A DNA stretch of 41,858 bases, from positions 1 to 41,858 of the forward strand of contig JBDRST010000028.1 in NCBI GenBank assembly GCA_043824525.1. The letters run 5' to 3'. Within the stretch, counting starts at the first letter, position 1. Every line of letters starts with the position of its first letter. This document shows, piece by piece, positions 32,088 to 40,319 of this stretch. Position numbers and translations under genes: made by a program. The notes below the pieces were generated by a model. It was not told where the DNA came from. It was given only the letters and a program-made list of their open reading frames with translations, and did not search any database. The DNA comes from a bacterium. Its GTDB lineage: Bacteria > Patescibacteriota > Minisyncoccia > Minisyncoccales > Staskawiczbacteraceae.

Positions 32088-32965
32088 AAAATTTCGGGAA
32101 TTTTTTAAATATCGCCCCCCAATATTCTCAGTTTAAAAAATCAAAAGCAGTGATTACGCCCTTTTCATATGAGGCATCCACGAGTTATAAAACAGGCGCC
32201 AAATACGGGCCTAAAGCCATAATTTCCGCCTCCTCTCAGGTAGAATTGTTTGACGAGGAGCTGAAAAAAGAAGTTTACAAAAGAGTAGGCGTTTGCACCA
32301 TTACAGAACCAAAACCTAAAAGGGGCGATAATTTTTATCTGCCCTTATCAAAAAAAATTAATGAAATAATTTCTTTAAATAAATTTCCTGTTATTTTAGG
32401 GGGAGAGCATACAATTGCCTTCGGCGCTTTAATGGGGGTCAAGGAGGTTTATAAAAATTTTTCGGTTTTGCATTTTGACGCCCACGCAGATTTAAGGGAC
32501 AGCTTTGAGGGTAATAAGTTTTCCCATTCTTGCGTGATGAGGCGCGCTCAAGAATTAAAGGAAGTTAAAAATATAGTGCAGGTTGGCATAAGAAACATCA
32601 GTAACGAGAAAAAAGAGGGGAGCGAATTTGATTTTTTTAAAAAAAATCCGCAGCAAATAAAAATTTTTTGGGCAAAGGATAAGAACAATTGGAAAATTAA
32701 CGATATTTTAAATAATCTGGCAAAGGATGTTTATTTGACTTTTGACGTTGATGTTTTTGATCCCTCAATAATGCCGTCGACCGGAACGCCTGAACCCGGC
32801 GGTTTATACTGGCAAGAAGTTTTAGATATTTTAAAACAGGTTTTTTTAAAGAAAAATATTATTGCCGCAGATGTGGTTGAGCTTTGCCCTATAAAAAACT
32901 TTCCTGCGCCGGATTTTATGACAGCTAAACTCATATATAAGATGATAGGGTATAAGTTTTTATAA
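32084..32965 (+). CDS. speB: Agmatinase (ureohydrolase family)
   Basis: GGEHTI, HFDAHADLRD, LTFDVDVFDPS and GTPEPGGL manganese-ligand motifs. Confidence 0.8.
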   Translation: MKNFGNFLNIAPQYSQFKKSKAVITPFSYEASTSYKTGAKYGPKAIISASSQVELFDEELKKEVYKRVGVCTITEPKPKRGDNFYLPLSKKINEIISLNKFPVILGGEHTIAFGALMGVKEVYKNFSVLHFDAHADLRDSFEGNKFSHSCVMRRAQELKEVKNIVQVGIRNISNEKKEGSEFDFFKKNPQQIKIFWAKDKNNWKINDILNNLAKDVYLTFDVDVFDPSIMPSTGTPEPGGLYWQEVLDILKQVFLKKNIIAADVVELCPIKNFPAPDFMTAKLIYKMIGYKFL

Positions 32966-32986
32966 AGCAAAAGGAAGTTAGTAGTA

Positions 32987-33010
32987 AACCCCCCTTTTTA
33001 GGGGTTTTTG
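32987..33010 (+). terminator. Rho-independent terminator
   Basis: AACCCC pairs with GGGGTT and is followed by TTT. Confidence 0.5.
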
Positions 33011-33059
33011 AGTTGAAATTCTTTTTTTTTCAGAGTAAGATAAACTAATTTAACATAAT

Positions 33060-34436
33060 ATGGCAAAAGAACAAAAAAATAATTCTATGGAGAAAATTGT
33101 GTCTTTGTGCAAAAGAAGAGGTTTTGTGTTTCCGGGGTCTGAAATATATGGAGGGTTGGCGAACAGTTATGATTATGGACCTTTGGGAGTTGAATTAAAA
33201 AATAATATAAAAAATCTTTGGTGGAAAAGGTTTGTACACGATAGAAATGATATTGTGGGTATTGATGCCGCTTTAATAATGAATCCAAAAGTTTGGGAAG
33301 CAAGCGGTCATTTAGATACTTTTAACGACCCTTTAGTTGAATGCAAAAAATGCCATCATAGGTTTCGCGCCGATCAGATTAAAGCCAACCCTCCTTCGTC
33401 CGCGACTTCTGTCGGGACTACGGCGGGGCAAGGAAAATGTCCGGACTGTGGCGGAGAAATTACGAAACCAAAACAATTTAATTTAATGCTTAAAACTTTT
33501 TTAGGGCCTGTTGAAGATGCTGAAAACACAGTATATTTTAGACCGGAAACCGCCCAGGCAATGTTTGTTGATTTTAAAAATGTTTTAACAACTTCAAGAA
33601 AAAAAATTCCTTTTGGCATAGCGCAAATTGGAAAGGCATTCAGAAACGAAATAACCCCCGGAAATTTTATATTTCGTACCCGCGAGTTTGAGCAAATGGA
33701 AATAGAATATTTTACCAAAGAGAAGGATTGGGAAAAAACTTTTGAAATGTGGCAAAAAGAAATGTGGAAATGGATGACAGATGAACTTGGGTTAGATAAA
33801 AAAAATATTCATGAGTTGGACGTGCCAGAAAACGAGAGGGCTCATTATTCTAAAAAAACAATTGATTTTGAATACGATTTTCCATTTGGCAGAGAGGAGC
33901 TTTATGGCTTAGCTTACAGAACTGATTTTGATTTAAAAAATCATTTTAAGGAGCCGCCATATGAAGACGCTGAAGCCGGTGAAAAATTTTACCCGCACGT
34001 TATAGAGCCAACATGGGGAGTGGATAGATCTGTTTTAGCTGTGCTATGTGAGGCATACACAGAAGAACCCGCCTCCGCCGAAAACGGCTCCGGCGAGGCA
34101 AGGAAAGACAGGGTTGTTTTAAAGCTTCCAGCAAAACTGGCTCCTTATAAAGTTGCGGTATTTCCTCTTTTAAAAAATAAGCCGGAGTTGGTGAAGAAAG
34201 CTCAAGACATATATCACGACCTAAAAAAAGAATTTACGGTTGCTTTTGACGACAGGGGAAATATCGGAAAGAGATATTACAGCCAGGACGAAATTGGCAC
34301 ATTCAAAGCAGTTACTGTGGATTTCCAAACCTTAGATGATAACACCGTAACTGTCCGCGACCGCGATACAATGAAGCAAGAAAGAATAAAAATTTCTGAA
34401 CTCTCAAACCTTTTAAAAGACAGGCTAAATGGCTGA
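33060..34436 (+). CDS. glyQS: Glycine--tRNA ligase (homodimeric class II type)
   Basis: GSEIYGGLANSYDYGPLG, FRPETAQ, FRNEITPGNFIFRTREFEQME and GVDR motifs. Confidence 0.9.
   Translation: MAKEQKNNSMEKIVSLCKRRGFVFPGSEIYGGLANSYDYGPLGVELKNNIKNLWWKRFVHDRNDIVGIDAALIMNPKVWEASGHLDTFNDPLVECKKCHHRFRADQIKANPPSSATSVGTTAGQGKCPDCGGEITKPKQFNLMLKTFLGPVEDAENTVYFRPETAQAMFVDFKNVLTTSRKKIPFGIAQIGKAFRNEITPGNFIFRTREFEQMEIEYFTKEKDWEKTFEMWQKEMWKWMTDELGLDKKNIHELDVPENERAHYSKKTIDFEYDFPFGREELYGLAYRTDFDLKNHFKEPPYEDAEAGEKFYPHVIEPTWGVDRSVLAVLCEAYTEEPASAENGSGEARKDRVVLKLPAKLAPYKVAVFPLLKNKPELVKKAQDIYHDLKKEFTVAFDDRGNIGKRYYSQDEIGTFKAVTVDFQTLDDNTVTVRDRDTMKQERIKISELSNLLKDRLNG
33388..33432. repeat. Family-E element in frame in glyQS
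   Basis: ACCCTCCTTCGTCCGCGACTTCTGTCGGGACTACGGCGGGGCAAGG encodes PPSSATSVGTTAGQG, between RADQI and CPDCG. Confidence 0.55.
34068..34103. repeat. Family-E element in frame in glyQS
   Basis: CCCGCCTCCGCCGAAAACGGCTCCGGCGAGGCAAGG encodes PASAENGSGEAR. Confidence 0.55.
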
Positions 34437-35310
34437 CCTTTTATTAAACCTCGCTCGGCTTACGCGGCCTTTAAGCAGTGTCAAAAATATTGCTGTAGTT
34501 TCTCTGGCGCTTTATCTGTCTTCAAGCCAATTAAATTTGGGTCTGTTTATTTTGGGTGTTTTTTCGCTTTCGTTAACATTCTCGGCAACTTACGCCTATA
34601 ATTCTGTATGCGATATGGCCGCTGACGAGGAAAATGAAAATAAAAAACGTTATTTTTATTCCGTACAATACTTTGGAAAAAACAAGGCGCTGGCCATAGC
34701 GGTTGTTTTAGCCATTATTGCTTTGGTTGTTGGTTTTTTGATTAATATTTATTTTTTTGCCTCTTTAATAGTTTTACTGATAATAAGTTTTCTATATTCT
34801 TCGCCTTACACTCGTTTTAAGGAAAAGATTATAGTGGATGTTGTTTTTGGCGCTTCTTTGACATTTCTATTTAGATTTGTGGCAGCTTGGCTTATTTTTG
34901 AAAATTCATTTCCGCCTCTTTTGCCTATGTTCGCATTGGTTTTTGTCAAAAATGGAGGATACATGCTGTATAAAGGATATGATAAGCCGTTTTTGATAAA
35001 ACGCGGAGTTAAAAATACCACAACCCTTTTATCTCAAAAAACAACACTTATAATTTCCGCTGTTTTTTTTATTCTATCAATTCTCTTTTTTCTCCTGCTA
35101 TGCTTGAACTCGATTTATTCAAACATTGATATTCTTGGCTCGCTGCCCATTAGTTTTTTGTGGCTTCTGCCGTTTTTTATACCGCCGATTATTGTCAGTT
35201 ATCTTTTATTCCTTAAGAAAATAAAAATTAGCTCCAGAAGATTAAGGGTAGCCGGGTTTATTTTGTTGCTTTTATTGACAGCCGCTGTTTTATTGACAAC
35301 GAGACAGTAA
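34429..35310 (+). CDS. UbiA-family prenyltransferase
   Basis: About 8 TM segments and an N..xD...D motif (YNSVCDMAAD). Confidence 0.65.
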   Translation: MADLLLNLARLTRPLSSVKNIAVVSLALYLSSSQLNLGLFILGVFSLSLTFSATYAYNSVCDMAADEENENKKRYFYSVQYFGKNKALAIAVVLAIIALVVGFLINIYFFASLIVLLIISFLYSSPYTRFKEKIIVDVVFGASLTFLFRFVAAWLIFENSFPPLLPMFALVFVKNGGYMLYKGYDKPFLIKRGVKNTTTLLSQKTTLIISAVFFILSILFFLLLCLNSIYSNIDILGSLPISFLWLLPFFIPPIIVSYLLFLKKIKISSRRLRVAGFILLLLLTAAVLLTTRQ

Positions 35311-35337
35311 TGATTTTTGGATATTTTTAATGTATAA

Positions 35338-35497
35338 TAGACCTGTTGCTTAATAAGGATTTATGCTGCAATTTGAAATTTTGGCTGTAAAATCATAAAA
35401 ATTCGTCAGCTTGCCGAAGGGCAAACCTTTGAATTTTTCTGATTTTTCGCTCAAAATTTCTTCATTTCGCTTATAATCTTATTAAGCAACAGGTCTA
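35338..35497. repeat. ~160-nt hairpin element, copy 2 (family S), inverted relative to copy 1
   Basis: The terminal stem pairs TAGACCTGTTGCTTAATAAG with CTTATTAAGCAACAGGTCTA. A TATAAT at 35333-35338 abuts it. Confidence 0.7.
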
Positions 35498-35513
35498 ATA
35501 AACAAAATATCTT

Positions 35514-36785
35514 ATGTTTAAAAGAACAACCTTAAAAAACGGGTTAAGGGTCCTTGCAGTCCCGGTAAAAAACGCAAACAGCGTTACGGTTTTAATTTTA
35601 GTGGGCACGGGCTCAAAATATGAAACAAAAGACATAAATGGCATTTCCCATTTTTTAGAGCATATGTTTTTTAAGGGCACAAAAAAAAAGCCTGATACTT
35701 TAAGGATTTCTGAAACCTTAGACAGGATCGGAGGAGAGTACAACGCTTTTACCTCAAAAGAGGTTACCGGGTTTTGGGCAAAAGTTGATAAAAAACATAT
35801 TGATATTGCTTTAGACTGGATTTCTGATATGTTTTTGAACTCTAAATTTGAAGAGGAAGAAATCCAAAGGGAAAAAGGAGTGATAGTTGAAGAGCTAAAT
35901 ATGTATCTTGATACGCCCACAGCTTATGTTTCAGAACTTTTTGAAGATTTGCTTTACAAAGACCAGCCAGCCGGATGGAGAATTGTTGGGGAAAAGGAGA
36001 ATATTTTGAGTTTTAACAGGGATAAAATTTTAGATTATTTTAATTCCCATTATTCAAGCAAAAATACGGTTGTTTGTATCGCTGGAGATATTAAGCCAAG
36101 CCAAATTCAGCAAAAATTAGGAGAATATTTCGGAAAATTAGAAAAAAAGGATTCTCTTGGCAAGGTTGCTGTGAAAGAAGAGCAATCAGAGCCGGAAGTT
36201 TTAATTTATAATAAAAAAACAGACCAGACGCATTTTTGCCTGGGAGTCAGAGCATATAATATGTTTGACAGAAGAAGATATGCTTTAAGCTTGATGTCCG
36301 TGATTTTAGGGGGAAATATGAGTTCCAGATTATTTATTTCAGTGAGAGAAAGAAACGGTTTAGCTTATTATGTGCACACATCTTATGACGCCACAACAGA
36401 CGCGGGATATCTGGTAACTCAGGCAGGAATTAAAAATGATTCCCTGGAAAAAGCAGTTGGTTTAATTTTAAAAGAATATGAAAGTTTAAAAAATAAAGGC
36501 ATAACCGAAAAAGAGCTTAAAAAGGCAAAAGATTATATAAGGGGGAAAATGGCTTTGTCTTTGGATGCCACCGATGCTAAAGCTTCTTTCTATGCTATAC
36601 AAGAGGTTATGGGTCAGGAAATTTTTACGCCAGAGCAAAAGCTGGAAATGATTGATAAAGTTTCTGTAAATGATATAAAGAAAGTAGCCAAAGATATTTT
36701 TTTGCCAGAAAAGCTCAACCTTGCTGTTATCGGACCGATTGAGGAAAATAAAAAAGAAGAATTAAAAAAGATTTTAATAATTTAA
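35514..36785 (+). CDS. M16 family zinc peptidase (insulinase-like)
   Basis: HFLEHMFFKGT (HxxEH) motif. Confidence 0.8.
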   Translation: MFKRTTLKNGLRVLAVPVKNANSVTVLILVGTGSKYETKDINGISHFLEHMFFKGTKKKPDTLRISETLDRIGGEYNAFTSKEVTGFWAKVDKKHIDIALDWISDMFLNSKFEEEEIQREKGVIVEELNMYLDTPTAYVSELFEDLLYKDQPAGWRIVGEKENILSFNRDKILDYFNSHYSSKNTVVCIAGDIKPSQIQQKLGEYFGKLEKKDSLGKVAVKEEQSEPEVLIYNKKTDQTHFCLGVRAYNMFDRRRYALSLMSVILGGNMSSRLFISVRERNGLAYYVHTSYDATTDAGYLVTQAGIKNDSLEKAVGLILKEYESLKNKGITEKELKKAKDYIRGKMALSLDATDAKASFYAIQEVMGQEIFTPEQKLEMIDKVSVNDIKKVAKDIFLPEKLNLAVIGPIEENKKEELKKILII

Positions 36786-36857
36786 CCCTCTGACCAATCA
36801 TAAATTTGTTCGTGAAGTGTTATTTGCAACAAATAGAGATAAAATCAGAGACGGATA

Positions 36858-37886
36858 ATGTCTGAGCACACGTTGGGCATTTCTTGGGGAGCTATAGTTA
36901 AAGTATTTATAGCGATTCTAATTTTTTACGTTATCTATTTAGCCAGAGAGATAGCTATTTGGTTTTTTTTCGCTTTGGCGATTTCTATTTTATTTGATCC
37001 GGGTATAAACTTTTTGAGAAAGCTTCATATACCAAAGATTTTAGCTATACTTATAGTTTATTTGTCAATTTTTGGGATTTTAGGAACGCTAATTTATATC
37101 GCAGTCCCAATTTTTATCTCCGAGGTGCGCCAATTTTCCCAATATTTGCCGGAATATTTTGAACAAATTAGCCCAATTTTAAAACAATTGGGAGCTGATA
37201 TGGCGCATGACTTTGATGGTTTCTCAAGCAGCCTTGCTAAAAACTTTCAGCAAAATTCTCAAAGCATTATAAGGGCAATCACGGTTTTCTTTGGCGGTCT
37301 GGCGGCCACAGTGTCCATTTTGGCAATGGCTTTTTTCTTATCTCTAGAAGAAAGAGGAATAGAAAAAGTTTTGTTGTTGCTTTTTCATCAAAAATATGAA
37401 GATCAAATCAAGACGATTTTTGAGAGAGTCAAGAGGAAGGTCGCCGGTTGGTTTGCGGCAAGGATATTGGCTTGCTTGTTTGTGGGAGTAGCTTCTTATA
37501 TTATTTTTTATATTTTTGGAGTAAAATATGCTTTTATTTTAGCCCTAATTTCAGGATTTTTAAACTTTGTACCCTACATAGGCCCGTGGATAACCGGTAT
37601 CTTTTTAGCTATTTTTGTGACCATATCTTCTTCCCCGCTTGCAGCGTTATATGTTTTAATAGCTTTTACTGTGATTCAGACAATTGAAAACACTATTTTA
37701 ACCCCGTTATTAATGAAAAAAATGACCGACATCCCGCCAGTTTTAGTTTTGGTTTCTTTATTTTTAGGAGCTAAGTTGTTTGGATTTTTGGGAATGATTT
37801 TTGCGGTGCCGATTTTTGGTATAATCTATGAGTTTGCAAAAGAATTTTTAGAAAAAAGAAGAGCAGAAGTCATACAATCAGATTAG
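36858..37886 (+). CDS. AI-2E family transporter (PerM/UPF0118)
   Basis: About 8 TM segments, with the FVPYIGPW and ILTPLLM blocks typical of the family. Confidence 0.75.
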   Translation: MSEHTLGISWGAIVKVFIAILIFYVIYLAREIAIWFFFALAISILFDPGINFLRKLHIPKILAILIVYLSIFGILGTLIYIAVPIFISEVRQFSQYLPEYFEQISPILKQLGADMAHDFDGFSSSLAKNFQQNSQSIIRAITVFFGGLAATVSILAMAFFLSLEERGIEKVLLLLFHQKYEDQIKTIFERVKRKVAGWFAARILACLFVGVASYIIFYIFGVKYAFILALISGFLNFVPYIGPWITGIFLAIFVTISSSPLAALYVLIAFTVIQTIENTILTPLLMKKMTDIPPVLVLVSLFLGAKLFGFLGMIFAVPIFGIIYEFAKEFLEKRRAEVIQSD

Positions 37887-37936
37887 GTTTTTAATAAGGC
37901 GAAAGAAATAATAACAACTATCCCCTGGGCTGCGAC

Positions 37937-37960
37937 TCTCCAAAAATTGGAGATTTTTTT
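37937..37960 (+). terminator. Rho-independent terminator
   Basis: TCTCCAA-AAA-TTGGAGA stem followed by T7. Confidence 0.65.
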
Positions 37961-38134
37961 AATAGAATACTTTGCGGGCGGGATAAAACCCAAAAATAAC
38001 GGCTTTAAAAAGCCAGCGCAATAGCTAAAATTGGATTTTTGATATATGAGCCAATGACGGCCCCAAACAATAGGTGTGCTAACAATATCATTTATTTTTT
38101 ATGGAAATGTGATAATATACATAAATTATACATT

Positions 38135-39547
38135 ATGGCAAAAAAATTTTACATAACGACAACACTGCCTTATGTTAACGCAGACCCGCATATCGGGTTT
38201 GCGCTGGAAATTATACAGGCAGACGTAATTGCCCGATATTATAGAAGCACCGGACACGACATTTTTTTTAATACGGGAACAGACGAGCATGGGTTGAAGA
38301 TATTTCAGGGTGCTAAAAAAGAAAACCTTGATCCTCAAAAATATTGCGACTCCTATGCTGAAAAAAACAGAAAATTAAAATCAGCTTTAAACTTAAGCTA
38401 TAACAATTTTGTTAGGACCACAGACGAGCATCATATACAGGCAGCACAGGAATTTTGGCTTAGGTGTTATAAAAATGGAGATATTTATAAAAAAAATTAT
38501 AAAGCTAAATACTGTGTCGGATGCGAAATGGAAAAAACTGATTCAGAATTGCTTGATAAAAAATGCCTTATACACCCCAATTTGGAAATAGAAATAATTG
38601 AAGAGGAAAACTATTTTTTTAGGTATTCAAAATACCAACAAGCCCTTCTGGATTTTTATCATAAAAATCCAGATTTTGTGGTTCCAGAGTCCAGATTTAA
38701 TGAAATAAAAAAATTTACCAAGAGAGGTTTGCAGGATTTTAGCATTTCAAGGTTGAAAGAAAAAATGCCTTGGGGCGTTCCTGTCCCAGATGACGAAAAA
38801 CAGACAATATTTGTCTGGTTCGATGCGCTCGTGAACTATATATCAGCATTAGGATGGCCAGAAGACTTAAAGAAATTTAAAGATTTTTGGCCGGGTTTGC
38901 AAGTTGCCGGAAAAGATAATCTACGCCACCAGTCATCTATGTGGCAGGCAATGTTGCTTTCTGCTGGACTGCTAAATTCAAAACAAATTTTTATACACGG
39001 GTTTATAACGGTAAACGGCCAGAAGATGTCAAAATCATTGGGAAACGTTATTGACCCATTTGAACTGGTTAATAAATACGGCGTAGATGCCGTAAGATAT
39101 TATCTTTTAAGGGAGATTCCTTCAGCAGAGGACGGTGATTTTACTTATGAAAAGTTTGAGCAAAGATTTAATGCGGATTTAGCAGGAGGAATTGGAAATT
39201 TGGTGGCAAGGATTTTAGGCATTGCCGGAGGTTTAAACAGCGCGCCAAAAGCAACAAAAAAAACAAAAGAAAAAGTTGCAAAAATAAAAGATAATTATAG
39301 GATAGCAATAGAAAATTTTAAATTCAACGAGGCATTGGCGTTGGTTTGGGATTTAATAAGTTATTGCGACAAATACATAAACGACGAAAAGCTCTGGGAA
39401 ACAAAAAAACCTGAAGTAATCAACGATTTGTTTTTTGCGCTCAATGAAATAGCCGTTTTATTAGAGCCGTTTTTACCAGAAACTTCAGAAAAAATTAAAA
39501 AGGCTGTCAAAATCAGGAAAAAAGAAACTCTTTTTCCAAGGATTTAA
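38135..39547 (+). CDS. metG: Methionine--tRNA ligase
   Basis: YITTTLPYVNADPHIGFA (HIGH region) and KMSKSLGN. The ATG at 38135 is preferred because the track extension from 38039 has no homology pattern. Confidence 0.9.
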   Translation: MAKKFYITTTLPYVNADPHIGFALEIIQADVIARYYRSTGHDIFFNTGTDEHGLKIFQGAKKENLDPQKYCDSYAEKNRKLKSALNLSYNNFVRTTDEHHIQAAQEFWLRCYKNGDIYKKNYKAKYCVGCEMEKTDSELLDKKCLIHPNLEIEIIEEENYFFRYSKYQQALLDFYHKNPDFVVPESRFNEIKKFTKRGLQDFSISRLKEKMPWGVPVPDDEKQTIFVWFDALVNYISALGWPEDLKKFKDFWPGLQVAGKDNLRHQSSMWQAMLLSAGLLNSKQIFIHGFITVNGQKMSKSLGNVIDPFELVNKYGVDAVRYYLLREIPSAEDGDFTYEKFEQRFNADLAGGIGNLVARILGIAGGLNSAPKATKKTKEKVAKIKDNYRIAIENFKFNEALALVWDLISYCDKYINDEKLWETKKPEVINDLFFALNEIAVLLEPFLPETSEKIKKAVKIRKKETLFPRI

Positions 39548-39559
39548 TTTATTATTTAG

Positions 39560-39591
39560 CAACCCCCTTTCTTCAGACGGGTTGTTTTTTT
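39560..39591 (+). terminator. Rho-independent terminator
   Basis: CAACCC pairs with GGGTTG and is followed by T7. Confidence 0.65.
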
Positions 39592-39601
39592 ATTGCGTCT
39601 A

Positions 39602-39630
39602 TTGACAATGAGTTGTTTTTGTTATAAAAT
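39602..39630 (+). promoter_or_regulatory. Sigma70-like promoter TTGACA-17-TAAAAT
   Basis: Hexamers at 39602-39607 and 39625-39630. Confidence 0.5.
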
Positions 39631-39671
39631 TATTTTAGGCTTTAGACTGAAACTGAAAGGAGAAAATCACA

Positions 39672-39824
39672 ATGGCGTATATGCTTCTAAAGCTGGTGTT
39701 ATCTGTAATCTGCGGGATACTCCTTGTCTGGTTCGTTTTATGGAATCTGCACCCTCGGCCTAAATTCTTCAAAAGAATTGGTGGCAAAACGGTAGAGGTT
39801 CTAGACGAAGAACAGCAAGGATAA
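39672..39824 (+). CDS. Small single-TM protein (50 aa), hypothetical
   Basis: AAGGAG SD. MAYMLLKLVLSVICGILLVWFVLWNLHPRPKFFKRIGGKTVEVLDEEQQG. It lies below the ORF-track cutoff. Confidence 0.45.
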   Translation: MAYMLLKLVLSVICGILLVWFVLWNLHPRPKFFKRIGGKTVEVLDEEQQG

Positions 39825-39842
39825 ATTCGCGCGGTCGCTCTA

Positions 39843-39877
39843 GGGGGCCCGAGACATCTCTCAGCCCCTTTTATTTG
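39843..39877 (+). terminator. Rho-independent terminator
   Basis: GGGGC pairs with GCCCC and is followed by TTTTATTT. Confidence 0.5.
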
Positions 39878-39880
39878 CCC

Positions 39881-39908
39881 TTGACTTTTAACCGTAATTT
39901 ACTATAAT
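39881..39908 (+). promoter_or_regulatory. Near-consensus promoter TTGACT-16-TATAAT for csrA
   Basis: Hexamers at 39881-39886 and 39903-39908. Confidence 0.6.
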
Positions 39909-39977
39909 ATAAGTGGCTCATTGATTCGGGTTATGGATAGCTCGATGGCCACCCCCCCATTTTTGAGGAGAATTCAG

Positions 39978-40205
39978 ATGTTGGTATTATCGCGTAAGAA
40001 GAACGAGAGTATTGTCATCAACGATGACATTACCATCGTGGTGGTGGAGATTCGCGGAGACAAGGTTCGTCTTGGGATAGAGGCGCCAAAAGAGGTACCG
40101 GTCCATAGGCGAGAGGTCTTTGACGCGATCCACCGAAATGAAGCTGCTACCGGCAAAGGCAAAGAGCCGGATAAGGCTTCACCTCAGGGGACCTCCCCTG
40201 ATTGA
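39978..40205 (+). CDS. csrA: Carbon storage regulator CsrA
   Basis: MLVLSRKKNESIVINDDITIVVVEIRGDKVRLGIEAPKEVPVHRREV is the canonical CsrA sequence. A GAGGAG SD precedes the ATG at 39978, so the track start at 39921 is too long. Confidence 0.85.
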   Translation: MLVLSRKKNESIVINDDITIVVVEIRGDKVRLGIEAPKEVPVHRREVFDAIHRNEAATGKGKEPDKASPQGTSPD

Positions 40206-40234
40206 AAACAGTTCCCGACCTTCGGGAAACCAAT

Positions 40235-40273
40235 GGCAGGCAATGCACACGCGCATTTGCCTGCCTGTTTTAT
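40235..40273 (+). terminator. Rho-independent terminator of csrA
   Basis: GGCAGGCAA pairs with TTGCCTGCC and is followed by TGTTTTATT. It lies inside the track-predicted N-terminus of the next ORF. Confidence 0.7.
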
Positions 40274-40319
40274 TATATTTATGTTAAAATGCATTTATGA
40301 TTATATCGCTACGCTATCC

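Noticed and set aside
40233-40319. N-terminal extensions of track ORFs (tatD from 40233, metG from 38039, csrA from 39921, the DGR target from 26226, NUDIX from 12693, smpB to 15931).
   Set aside because: The extensions run through terminators, promoters or repeat elements and lack homology patterns. Internal starts with an SD or conserved N-termini fit better.
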